This document shows positions 38,994 to 39,105 of a stretch of 39,105 nucleotides of DNA, one piece after another. The position numbers and the translations under genes are program-made. The DNA is from an uncultured Ruminococcus sp. (GTDB lineage Bacteria; Bacillota; Clostridia; Oscillospirales; SIG627): assembly GCA_902796545.1 (NCBI GenBank), contig CADBPF010000010.1, forward strand, positions 1 through 39,105, given 5' to 3'. The notes below the pieces were generated by a model, which was given only the letters and a program-made list of their open reading frames with translations, ran no database searches and had not been told where the DNA came from. How positions within the stretch are numbered: the first letter of the stretch is position 1; each line of letters starts with the position of its first letter.

Positions 38994-39105
38994 GAATTGT
39001 GAAAAGATCTCAACAAATCGGGATTTGTCTTGTGGGGAGTAACTTTGAAGTTTCCGAAGCAACATATCGGGATTTGAAAGGAGTACTGAAACTTTTAACA
39101 TGAAA

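Noticed and set aside
39031-39060. GGGGAGTAAC resembling the start of a yybP-ykoY riboswitch
   Set aside because: The remaining conserved elements and pairing are not visible, and the window ends
38797-39101. Short minus-strand ORFs 38797-38979 and 38904-39101
   Set aside because: They run through the hairpin array, have no recognisable motifs and no clear RBS

Overview
Mostly core chromosome of a GC-rich, probably uncultured Clostridia-like Firmicute, inferred from the gdpP-rplI-dnaB-tilS-hpt-ftsH order, sigma-A-type promoters and AGGAG ribosome-binding sites (RBS). From left to right: a galactoside cluster (GH36-like alpha-galactosidase, UgtP/MGDG-synthase-like protein, ABC exporter, galK); a diguanylate cyclase; a flavodiiron protein; a VTC / DUF4956 / carbohydrate-binding-domain operon with its own two-component system; the yybS-to-ftsH operon; two separated type II topoisomerase subunit genes; hflX, rpmE, citrate synthase, asnA, yihY, yigZ, fba, serA and serC; and tRNA-Arg(CCT). 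Best leads: (1) directly after the tRNA, a ~175-bp non-coding element of 7 GC mini-hairpins joined by 9-nt linkers, whose left and right linker sets are mutually complementary; (2) the tRNA has a compensatory U19:A56 elbow pair instead of G19:C56; (3) two CiaR-type TTTAAG-N5-(T/C)TTAAG-N10-(-10) boxes link the two-component system to the VTC operon; (4) an H-to-Y change in the GdpP GGGH motif; (5) an acidic/basic insert in the topoisomerase B subunit; (6) a candidate stand-alone SH3-like 65-aa protein. All family calls are by motif recognition; no searches were run.
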